DNA of 64,000 bases from a phage. The number at the start of each line of letters is the position of its first letter. The stretch's first letter is position 1. A program made the position numbers and the translations under genes. The stretch lies in sequence record OZ346189.1; one strand, given 5' to 3'. The notes under the pieces are model-generated. The model was not told the origin of the DNA, ran no database searches, and saw nothing but the letters and a program-made list of their open reading frames with translations. Below, piece by piece: positions 57,275-64,000 of the stretch.

Positions 57275-57829
57275 ATGAAATACTTTGTAACAAGCGACAC
57301 ACACTTTCTCCACCAGCGGGTCATGGAGTTTGATTCATGTCAAAAACACAGATCTCAGTATGATCACAATCTTGACAGTATGAATGCGGGAATCATCACC
57401 AAGTGGAACTCTGTTGTGTCACCTGCAGACACTGTGTTCCACTTGGGAGATATTGCATGCACTAATGATAAGAATATCAACAAATTGCTCCCAGATATTC
57501 TAAATATGTTGAACGGACATATTATTCTTGTTCGTGGCAACCATGACACAAGGACGACTGTCAAAATTATGAAAGAGTTCGGTCATGAGGTTGTAGATTA
57601 TTACGAGCTTCGCCACAACAAGAATTTGATCTGTATGAGCCATTACCAGTTTGCAAAGTGGAACAGAAAGCCTCACGGATCAGTCCAACTGTTCGGTCAT
57701 GCTCACGGAACCACACAACAGTTGTTTGGCAGGCAGCTTGATGTCGGTTGGGATGTGTGGGGGAGACTCTTACCATTAGAAGAGGCATACCGTATTGCAA
57801 TGAGTTTTGATATTGACAGCAGGGAGTAA
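57275..57829 (+). CDS. calcineurin-like metallophosphoesterase
   Basis: motifs SDTHF, GDIA, GNHD. Confidence 0.65.
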   Translation: MKYFVTSDTHFLHQRVMEFDSCQKHRSQYDHNLDSMNAGIITKWNSVVSPADTVFHLGDIACTNDKNINKLLPDILNMLNGHIILVRGNHDTRTTVKIMKEFGHEVVDYYELRHNKNLICMSHYQFAKWNRKPHGSVQLFGHAHGTTQQLFGRQLDVGWDVWGRLLPLEEAYRIAMSFDIDSRE

Positions 57830-57876
57830 TCCCTGCTATTTTAAAGAAAATTGCCACACAAGGAGAATCAGGAGAT

Positions 57877-58227
57877 ATGAAAGATGGGGATAAGCTGCTA
57901 TATCTTAAAGTCCCCCTTGAAATACTATCTATGTCAAAAGTTTTGAATGACACAACTGGGGAGGTTGTTGTTCTTGACTTGTATGACAAGATCGTATACT
58001 GCTACCTGCACAACTGGTATAAGCTTGGAGGAAATTCACGCTTCACACCAAGCACAAGGAAAATTGCAGCAGATGTTGGGATAAAGAAAACAAAAGCAGC
58101 AGCGTGCGTTAAAACTTTAGAATGTGCAGGAGTGGTTGAAACATCCACACAAGGGAGAGGTAAAAGATGCACATTTTCCAAAGTTTTGCCACCAGAAGAA
58201 GTTATTCGGATGTCAACAACTGGTTAG
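57877..58227 (+). CDS. putative HTH DNA-binding protein
   Basis: helix-turn-helix-like segment PSTRKIAADVGIKKTKAAACVKTLECAGVV; GGAGAA RBS; directly upstream of palindromic repeats. Confidence 0.4.
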   Translation: MKDGDKLLYLKVPLEILSMSKVLNDTTGEVVVLDLYDKIVYCYLHNWYKLGGNSRFTPSTRKIAADVGIKKTKAAACVKTLECAGVVETSTQGRGKRCTFSKVLPPEEVIRMSTTG

Positions 58228-58297
58228 ACCAGTAAAAACTTAAATATCTGTACTATAAGGATTCGTATGTTTTATGTTCGCCATGGAACGGATACTA

Positions 58298-58366
58298 TTA
58301 ACTGTCCGTGATACGGACACATCTGCCCGTAATACGGACACTAACTGTCCGTGATACGGACACATA
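58298..58366. promoter_or_regulatory. two identical palindromic sites TAACTGTCCGTGATACGGACACAT plus a related half-site, followed by an AT-rich tract
   Basis: perfect inverted repeat TGTCCG-N5-CGGACA at 58303..58319 and 58349..58365; CCGTAATACGG between. Confidence 0.55.
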
Positions 58367-58866
58367 AAGAATATAACTAAAATAACTAAATAATAAAAAA
58401 TAAAAGATCTAGTACTTATGGTACTAAGTACATATACTTAACTTATGTAGAATATACTAGATCCTAAGTACCATGTTTTAAATTTATTACTTACTATGGG
58501 CAGTGTCGGCCCTTCATTGGCACTCGCCTACGAGGGGCGAGATGCCGGGCCTCCTTGGTGCACACAATAACAGAAGTTCATACATGCAGGTCTGTTAACA
58601 TGTGTGGGAGCGAAGCGATAGCGCAGGCCAAAGGCCGAGCACTGATGTGGACCACCGACGAAAGCTTGCCAGCGCCGTAAGGAGTCGGTTGAGAGTCTCC
58701 CGCACGAGCTTGGATGAAGTTTATGTGTGGAAACTGACAAGAAGGCCCCTAAATCGCTCCACAGCTATATAAACTATACCAGGTAATGCAATCGCACCAG
58801 TTTGATAGAAAAGCTCGTTACAAAGCGATACAGTGAGTTTTTCTATAACTTGAAGAGGAGGCAGCT

Positions 58867-59445
58867 ATGGGTTCACGCAAAGATGACCGTGAAAAGATTG
58901 CAAAACGTTATCAGAATGAAGAACAGATGGAGAAAACTTTCAAGTGGAAGCCAGGTTTCCAGCGTAATCATTCTAACGCTCGTGATCGTAAGCATCCGGA
59001 TAAGTGGTTAACACCGCCAAATGATGGCATGCAGGTTGGGGATGAGAAGGAGCTGTCACCTGGAAAAGATGGCAACTACATTCGCACTAAGGAAGCAGGT
59101 CCAAAGGATGACAGCTATCTTGTAGATAAGGTTCTTGACGGTGTTGATGTAGGTGTTGACACTGTACGAAACCTTTTTCTTGGTTGGTATCGCACAGGGT
59201 TTTTCGACATCAAGGCTATTCGTCGTGTTTGTGATATTAAAAAGTCTGCCTACGATGATGATTCCCTACATCGCACTCTGAGACAATACTCAGAGAGGTA
59301 CGGTCATCCAGTTATCACTCTTGACGATATTAACGAAGTTATGTATCATGTAGAGGTTGTTGCAGGTAGGTTCGGTGATGCATATCTCGGTATTCTTTCT
59401 GCAAAGGATGAGGTAATGTTAAATAAGATTTACTATGAACGCTGA
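58867..59445 (+). CDS. hypothetical protein
   Basis: ORF with GAGGAGG RBS. Confidence 0.5.
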   Translation: MGSRKDDREKIAKRYQNEEQMEKTFKWKPGFQRNHSNARDRKHPDKWLTPPNDGMQVGDEKELSPGKDGNYIRTKEAGPKDDSYLVDKVLDGVDVGVDTVRNLFLGWYRTGFFDIKAIRRVCDIKKSAYDDDSLHRTLRQYSERYGHPVITLDDINEVMYHVEVVAGRFGDAYLGILSAKDEVMLNKIYYER

Positions 59446-59455
59446 GGGGCGATTA

Positions 59456-59644
59456 ATGAACAATCCGGTAGCAAAGAACTGTAATAAATTCAACAAGTCT
59501 GCGATTCACACTGACAGGAAAAAGAGTTGGTTTCCTGACATTGACGAGGAGCTTGAGAGTTACTTTGAAGATTTAGTCACCAATGCAGATGAGGTTGCGA
59601 TTAAAGAATACGCAGACAGGAGGGATAAGGCCGGAATCTGTTGA
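59456..59644 (+). CDS. hypothetical protein
   Basis: ATG at 59456 after GAGGGG RBS. Confidence 0.4.
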   Translation: MNNPVAKNCNKFNKSAIHTDRKKSWFPDIDEELESYFEDLVTNADEVAIKEYADRRDKAGIC

Positions 59645-59669
59645 CAAAAATAATGTTACCTGATAAGAT
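59641..59669 (+). promoter_or_regulatory. sigma70-like promoter (TTGACA-17-TAAGAT)
   Basis: hexamers upstream of ORF 59721. Confidence 0.45.
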
Positions 59670-59720
59670 CTGCAATATGATGTGATACAATTTTAACTTA
59701 CGAGGTCTACAGGTAATGCT

Positions 59721-59963
59721 ATGTTTAAGGTTAAGCTCGTTTTTCGTTCCATGAATGAGGATTATTTAGAAGATGAAGGTGAATTTCGTGCACTGGATGA
59801 TGCAATAGATTTTGCCAACGACTTAGCTTGTATGAATACGGGTTATGGGCTATGCTGTTGGGATGGTGGTGTTCAGATCGGTGATAGCAAGATCTTCTAC
59901 TTCTACCCTGAGCCTGATAACAAACAAATTAAGTATGTTTTATTTATTTGTGCTTTACAATGA
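59721..59963 (+). CDS. hypothetical protein
   Basis: ORF. Confidence 0.45.
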   Translation: MFKVKLVFRSMNEDYLEDEGEFRALDDAIDFANDLACMNTGYGLCCWDGGVQIGDSKIFYFYPEPDNKQIKYVLFICALQ

Positions 59964-60250
59964 GGTTGTTTTCGTGTATCATGATGAATATCCAATTTAA
60001 AGATGAATTTGATGGCTTTATCTCCGGATGCTTTGAAACAGGGTTCGGAGAAGGCTGAGTTCCCCTTAGAGGGCTTGATAGTGCACCACACTTAAAATGG
60101 TAGGGGCAGCCAGCACATGACGATGTGACCCCAGCCAACCTGTAATAAGGTCGAGCCAAAGTGCGGTAATGGGCTCTGGTAACCCACTTGTTGGGTCTTG
60201 CTGGTCCAGGACGCTGGACAAGTCGCAGGGAATACCACCCTGCGGCGAAC

Positions 60251-60279
60251 TTGACAATCAGTATTTGCTATGATAAAAT
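60251..60279 (+). promoter_or_regulatory. sigma70-like promoter (TTGACA-17-TAAAAT)
   Basis: hexamers upstream of ORF 60308. Confidence 0.45.
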
Positions 60280-60307
60280 CCACCTATCACGTGATAATGG
60301 AGGAAAC

Positions 60308-60646
60308 ATGGCGGATACAACTAAAAAGCGTCGCCGTAGAGGCAGACCTCTGAAAGAGGAGTCCAACGCCATTCAGCTAGAGAAGAACATCCTTGATATG
60401 AAGGAATCTTTTATAGCGATGGTTCCAGAAGCTCACAAAGTTTTAAGAGAGCTGATGTTGGACCCGAAAACCAAACAAAATATTCGTCAAAGCATTGCAG
60501 AGTATGTTCTTGATAAGGCAGACCGAATGCAGGAAGAATATGATGAGATGTTTGGTGAAGAGGAAGAGGTGGTAGTGGAAGAGGCTGAAAAACCAGCACC
60601 TTTTATGCCATTTACTACAGAAATACAGCCTGTTAGCAATAGCTAA
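60308..60646 (+). CDS. hypothetical protein with basic N-terminus and acidic C-terminus
   Basis: ATG at 60308 after GGAGGAAAC RBS (track ORF 60188..60646); KKRRRRGRP. Confidence 0.45.
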   Translation: MADTTKKRRRRGRPLKEESNAIQLEKNILDMKESFIAMVPEAHKVLRELMLDPKTKQNIRQSIAEYVLDKADRMQEEYDEMFGEEEEVVVEEAEKPAPFMPFTTEIQPVSNS

Positions 60647-60655
60647 AATATTTTC

Positions 60656-60684
60656 TTGACAAACTTTGCTTAACAGTGTAATAT
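60656..60684 (+). promoter_or_regulatory. sigma70-like promoter for the tRNA cluster (TTGACA-17-TAATAT)
   Basis: hexamers about 60 nt upstream of the first tRNA. Confidence 0.5.
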
Positions 60685-60742
60685 TGTAAACATGGTCTCC
60701 CACCTTTTCTGGCGGCTAAGGTGTAAAAGAAAGCCACCCAGT

Positions 60743-60817
60743 GCCCTGTTAGCTTAGTGGATAAAGCAGCGGCCTTCTAAGCCGTTGACACTGGTTCGAG
60801 TCCAGTACGGGGTGCCA
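60743..60817 (+). tRNA. tRNA-Arg (anticodon TCT)
   Basis: hand-folded cloverleaf: acceptor GCCCTGT/ACGGGGT, anticodon stem GCGGC/GCCGT with loop CTTCTAA, T-arm ACTGG-TTCGAGT-CCAGT, encoded CCA. Confidence 0.65.
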
Positions 60818-60821
60818 AATT

Positions 60822-60900
60822 GGGGAGTTATCCCGTAGAGGTAGCGGTGTAGACTGTAAATCTATTGTCATTGCGACTCGGGTGGTTCGACTCCACCACT
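60822..60900 (+). tRNA. tRNA-Tyr (anticodon GTA)
   Basis: acceptor GGGGAGT/ACTCCCC, anticodon loop CTGTAAA, long variable arm, T-arm GGTGG-TTCGACT-CCACC, CCA. Confidence 0.65.
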
Positions 60901-61022
60901 CCCCACCAAATTTATATTTTTAGATGCATAAATAATACAGATAATGGCATTGATATTTATCGTCGTTTATACTAGTCACTAACTGCTCGAAAATCAGTGT
61001 CATTATCAGTATAATTTATAAA

Positions 61023-61113
61023 GGAGGGTAGGGAGCAATGGTGCTCAAGCGGTCTTGAAAACCGTCCCGTTGAGGATGACTCGATGATGGTTCGATTCCA
61101 TTACTCTCCGCCA
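61023..61113 (+). tRNA. tRNA-Ser (anticodon TGA)
   Basis: class II fold: 3-bp D stem, anticodon loop CTTGAAA, long variable arm, T-loop TTCGATT, CCA; acceptor has one G-U pair. Confidence 0.55.
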
Positions 61114-61210
61114 CATTGTTGACCTTGTAATTAAGCGAAAGCCGGAAGCAGAACCGGATTATCAAATGTTACAGTCGTCATCGCCGACTAGCAACATGGT
61201 CAACATACTG

Positions 61211-61308
61211 AGCTAGGTAAGCCCTTTGGCAAGGGCGAGGATTTTTAATCCTGAAAATAGACGAGGTAGTCGTTGAATACATAGGTGGTTCGATTCCATC
61301 ACCTAGCA
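61211..61308 (+). tRNA. atypical tRNA-like sequence (anticodon loop reads TTTTTAA, possibly Lys-TTT) with an approximately 30-nt insertion in the variable region
   Basis: acceptor GCTAGGT/ACCTAGC, D-arm GCCC/GGGC and T-arm GGTGG-TTCGATT-CCATC are recognisable; anticodon stem has only 4 bp; no encoded CCA. Confidence 0.3.
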
Positions 61309-61315
61309 CCTTTTT

Positions 61316-61391
61316 GCTGATGTAGCACAATCGGTAGTGCAATTGATTTGTAATCAATAGGTTGTAGGTTCAAGTCCTGCCATCAGCACCA
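61316..61391 (+). tRNA. tRNA-Thr (anticodon TGT)
   Basis: acceptor GCTGATG/CATCAGC, anticodon stem ATTGA/TCAAT with loop TTTGTAA, T-loop TTCAAGT, CCA. Confidence 0.65.
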
Positions 61392-61392
61392 A

Positions 61393-61467
61393 GGCCCTGT
61401 AGCTGGAAGGTTCAAGCAAGCGACTCATAATCGCCAGACGGTGGTTCAATTCCACCCAGGGCCACCA
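61393..61467 (+). tRNA. tRNA-Met or tRNA-Ile2 (anticodon CAT)
   Basis: acceptor GGCCCTG/CAGGGCC, anticodon loop CTCATAA, T-arm GGTGG-TTCAATT-CCACC, CCA. Confidence 0.6.
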
Positions 61468-61478
61468 AATAGTAAATA

Positions 61479-61555
61479 CTCCGCGTAGCTCAGCTTGGTA
61501 GAGCGCCTGATTTGGGATCAGGAGGTCGAGTGTTCGAATCACTCCGTGGAGACCA
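61479..61555 (+). tRNA. tRNA-Pro (anticodon TGG)
   Basis: acceptor CTCCGCG/CGTGGAG, D-arm GCTC-AGCTTGGTA-GAGC, anticodon stem CCTGA/TCAGG with loop TTTGGGA, T-arm GAGTG-TTCGAAT-CACTC, CCA. Confidence 0.7.
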
Positions 61556-61601
61556 CTTTCAGTTATACTTTAAACATATATAAACAAAAGGAACCTTTAA
61601 A

Positions 61602-61871
61602 ATGTATACACTTAAAATTGTAGAGCGTGTAAATCCAACTCATACCGTAGATTTTCGTGACGATTTCAATCCTCTGGCTGTAAATCTTCGAGAGTCATAT
61701 CATGAACTCAGCTGCGATGCAGTGGTGGTCTTTTTTGAAGACAACTCTGAAGGGGCGGTAGCTTGTGTTGTTGATAGTGAGCAGAAGTTTTATATTTACA
61801 GAGATGTAGATGCATACTTGATGAATGAAAATGCAGTTACTGTTAGAATCATCCACCGAGTGCCTCGATAA
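61602..61871 (+). CDS. hypothetical protein
   Basis: ORF with AAAGGAA RBS. Confidence 0.45.
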   Translation: MYTLKIVERVNPTHTVDFRDDFNPLAVNLRESYHELSCDAVVVFFEDNSEGAVACVVDSEQKFYIYRDVDAYLMNENAVTVRIIHRVPR

Positions 61872-61923
61872 GTATTAGTCTCCTTTTAGTTAGTTTCGAT
61901 CTATTTAGGTTACTCAATTTTAA

Positions 61924-61958
61924 CCCGCCCCGTTAGCTGTATAGCTGCGGGGTTTTTT
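61924..61958 (+). terminator. rho-independent terminator
   Basis: GC-rich hairpin followed by TTTTTT. Confidence 0.55.
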
Positions 61959-61976
61959 CGTTTCTGGAGCCTTAAA

Positions 61977-62375
61977 ATGATTTCAGTTTTAACATGGCTG
62001 AGCAGGTATAAAGGGATCATAAAAGGTTTAGTTTTTGCAGCTGCGATAGGTACAGCTTATCTTGGGGCCGTGTATTGGTTTAACTCTAAGCTTAATGATG
62101 CCTACCAAGAAGGTGTGTCAGCAACAGAGTTAAAGTGGGAACGGATCCTTGATCAGCAACAAAAGCAGGCCGACAAAATTAAAATGGGCCACGCAGAGGA
62201 GGTTAAAAACCTTGAAAAATCCCTTTCTGATCTGCAGGATAAATTAAATATAGCTGAGAAGGCAGGTAAAGAAAAGCAGATTATCTACCTCCAGTCACCT
62301 GAAGGCAAGAAGTCAACACTTCCTGATCAGCTTATAGATATTTATAATGAGAGTATCAATCAGGAGGATCAATGA
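61977..62375 (+). CDS. i-spanin (Rz-like inner-membrane spanin)
   Basis: N-terminal TM helix then coiled-coil periplasmic domain; followed by an overlapping lipoprotein gene. Confidence 0.55.
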   Translation: MISVLTWLSRYKGIIKGLVFAAAIGTAYLGAVYWFNSKLNDAYQEGVSATELKWERILDQQQKQADKIKMGHAEEVKNLEKSLSDLQDKLNIAEKAGKEKQIIYLQSPEGKKSTLPDQLIDIYNESINQEDQ

Positions 62376-62659
62376 GAGTTGCTACACTGTTTATTGTGTG
62401 CTTGTTATTATGTGGGTGTGCAACCAGCGTTGAGAGAGAATACAAGATTGACCCTCCTGATGTAGGAAGGTTGATTGTTAAACCCCCGGAAGGTGCCATG
62501 AAACCACCTGCTAAAGCTATGCCTTTGAAGAAAGGTGCGCCAGATGCAGTGAATTCTGGCATTATGAGGGATAATAATCTGTCTTGTAGCAATGATAGAG
62601 CTAAATTGATCATTTTGCAAGACTATATTAGAACACTTTTTCCAAAGGAGAGAGGTTAA
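62372..62659 (+). CDS. o-spanin (Rz1-like outer-membrane lipoprotein)
   Basis: signal peptide with lipobox-like LLCGC; proline-rich mature region. Confidence 0.55.
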   Translation: MRVATLFIVCLLLCGCATSVEREYKIDPPDVGRLIVKPPEGAMKPPAKAMPLKKGAPDAVNSGIMRDNNLSCSNDRAKLIILQDYIRTLFPKERG

Positions 62660-63087
62660 TGTCTAAGATTTACGGACCGTGTTCTGAAAAGCAGAAGATG
62701 ATCCTAGAAAACGATGCAGATATTTTGGTAATCGGCGGTGCCGCAGGGTCTGGCAAGTCGTTCCTCTTGCAATTGATGCCACTTAAAATTATTGATGACC
62801 CCCACAGCTCTGTGGTTATGTTCCGAAGAACAACCCCACAGTTGGAAGGTGAGGGTGGATTATGGCCTAAAGCAGTAGCTATTTATAGTGATCTGCCTGA
62901 AAACATTAAGCCAAAGTTTAGAGAGAAGGATCATAAGTTCATTTTTCCACGGTTTGATCCGAACACTGGCAAGTGGGATAGAAGCAAAAAGGGAGCTGTT
63001 GTAAAATACTGCCACATGGAGTATGTACAAGATAAGCTTAACCATCAGGGGCTTGAGTACACCATGGTTTGCTTCGATGAGGGTTAA
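62659..63087 (+). CDS. terminase large subunit, exon 1 (ATPase N-terminus)
   Basis: Walker A GGAAGSGKS preceded by Q..L..DADILVIGG; RRTTPQL; Walker B MVCFDE; ORF ends with a stop directly after the exon-final GGT. Confidence 0.6.
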   Translation: MSKIYGPCSEKQKMILENDADILVIGGAAGSGKSFLLQLMPLKIIDDPHSSVVMFRRTTPQLEGEGGLWPKAVAIYSDLPENIKPKFREKDHKFIFPRFDPNTGKWDRSKKGAVVKYCHMEYVQDKLNHQGLEYTMVCFDEG

Positions 63088-64000
63088 TTTGTAGCTCTCG
63101 TAAAACCTCCCTAATTGCGGGGAAATCTTTATTATTGACACCACCAACCTGTCATGGTAACATGACAGAGGCTTCGAAGAGAGATCGAAGGTATGGTAAC
63201 AGTGTGTTAATTTAGATAATCCGCAGCGAAGCATCCGAGAGGATGAACGTTCAACGACTAGTCGAAAGACGTAGAATCAAGCGATTCGAAACGGGAGGGT
63301 GAATGTGTAATACTAAGAAATGTATGGATTGCCAAAGAGTTCTACCTATTGATGATTTCTTTTTATCATCTAAGAGCAAGGATGGATACTCAGGTACATG
63401 CAAGGAATGCTATATGTACTACAGGAAGGGTGGATCTCGTAAAAACAAAAATATGGTTAAGAGAGATGATGCAGCATTGTTTATTCAAGACTTGCTGAAG
63501 AAAGGTGAACTTTTTGAATGCAAATCTTGTCATGAAAGTATGCTCGCTGATAGTTTTTACACAAAACGTGACTATGGTAAAGTATATCTGGTTACGAACA
63601 GGTGTAAGATGTGTGAAAAGTTTTATCAGATTGAGAAGAAATTTAACATAACAAAAGATGAATACTATCGTCTACTCTCAGATCAAGATCATAAGTGTGC
63701 CATTTGTAGAATATCCCTTGATGAGTATAGGACGCAAGGGTATAGAGATTTCTTTTGTGTTGATCATGACCATAAAACTGGTGCTGTAAGAGGGTTGCTT
63801 TGTGATAAATGCAACAGAGCTTTAGGTTTCTTCCAAGAGGATGAGGAAACTATTCTTAGAGCGGCAGAGTATTTACACATTCATAAGATATAGTCTGGTC
63901 TGCATGGAGACATGCAGCTGCCTGAAAATGGCGGGGCAAGACTAGCGACCTTGCCCGAACATAAACGACACAATTCGAATGGGAGCAGATAGACTACCTG
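63088..64000 (+). other. group I intron in the terminase large subunit gene (partial; continues beyond the window)
   Basis: begins after an exon-final U; contains P element AATTGCGGGGAAA (63113..63125) and R-like GTTCAACGACTAG (63248..63260); UAGUCUGG follows the HEG stop. Confidence 0.55.
63303..63893 (+). mobile_element. Endonuclease VII-type (HNH-like) homing endonuclease within the terminase intron
   Basis: CAICRISL...FCVDHDHKTGAVRGLLCDKCN, the T4 Endo VII family motif; GGGAGGG RBS. Confidence 0.7.

Noticed and set aside
58528-58740. 70-aa minus-strand ORF
   Set aside because: No RBS, Pro/Arg/Ser/Cys-rich composition typical of a spurious frame in GC-rich DNA.
59903-60283. Four overlapping minus-strand ORFs
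   Set aside because: They overlap each other in different frames within a GC-rich intergenic segment with non-protein-like composition; more likely a structured RNA region.
1-64000. Assignment of the window to phage T5
   Set aside because: The gene content overlaps T5-like phages (tRNAs, RNR, PhoH), but the lambda R-type endolysin, the T4-like nrdD intron, Pnk and Endo VII genes and the overall organisation do not fit T5; no specific taxon is assigned without a database search.

Overview
This window reads as a large virulent tailed-phage genome segment (Gram-negative host; T4/T5/Felix-O1-like gene repertoire), annotated from sequence and motif recognition only, with no database searches run. 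It has three blocks. (1) 1..19.8 kb, plus strand: about 45 small early-type genes, most with their own sigma70-like promoter (TTGACA-16/17-TATAAT-like), a strong RBS and hairpin terminators. It includes an SSB with a bacterial-type DDDIPF tail, a TARG1/DarG-like macro-domain protein, an iteron-rich non-coding region (8.1-8.6 kb), and an island (about 8.7-19.8 kb) bracketed by inverted copies of a 23-nt element and carrying a repeated hairpin-promoter element. (2) 20.2..56.8 kb, minus strand: tandem arrays of paralogous small proteins, a ribosome hibernation factor (HPF/RaiA) homolog, then a nucleotide-metabolism and replication/recombination module. That module holds a ClpP-like protease, PhoH, NrdG, nrdD split by a group I intron carrying an HNH homing endonuclease, glutaredoxin, NrdB, NrdA, a ThyX-like protein, a HAD phosphatase, dNMP kinase, three DNA methyltransferases (two N6-adenine, one C5-cytosine), a DnaQ-like exonuclease, an Endo VII-like nuclease, a RuvC-like resolvase, a FEN-type nuclease, a lambda R-like endolysin, ATP-dependent DNA ligase, a Sir2-like protein, a receiver-like protein and an RNA-ligase-like protein. 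(3) 56.8..64 kb, plus strand: T4 Pnk-like polynucleotide kinase, a metallophosphoesterase, an HTH protein beside palindromic repeats, a cluster of six tRNA genes plus one atypical tRNA-like sequence, an i-/o-spanin pair, and the 5' exon of the terminase large subunit, which is interrupted after Walker B by a second group I intron carrying an Endo VII-type homing endonuclease (the intron runs off the window). CDS starts were adjusted from the ORF track where an RBS-supported internal start was evident; the track uses GTG as a start in places.
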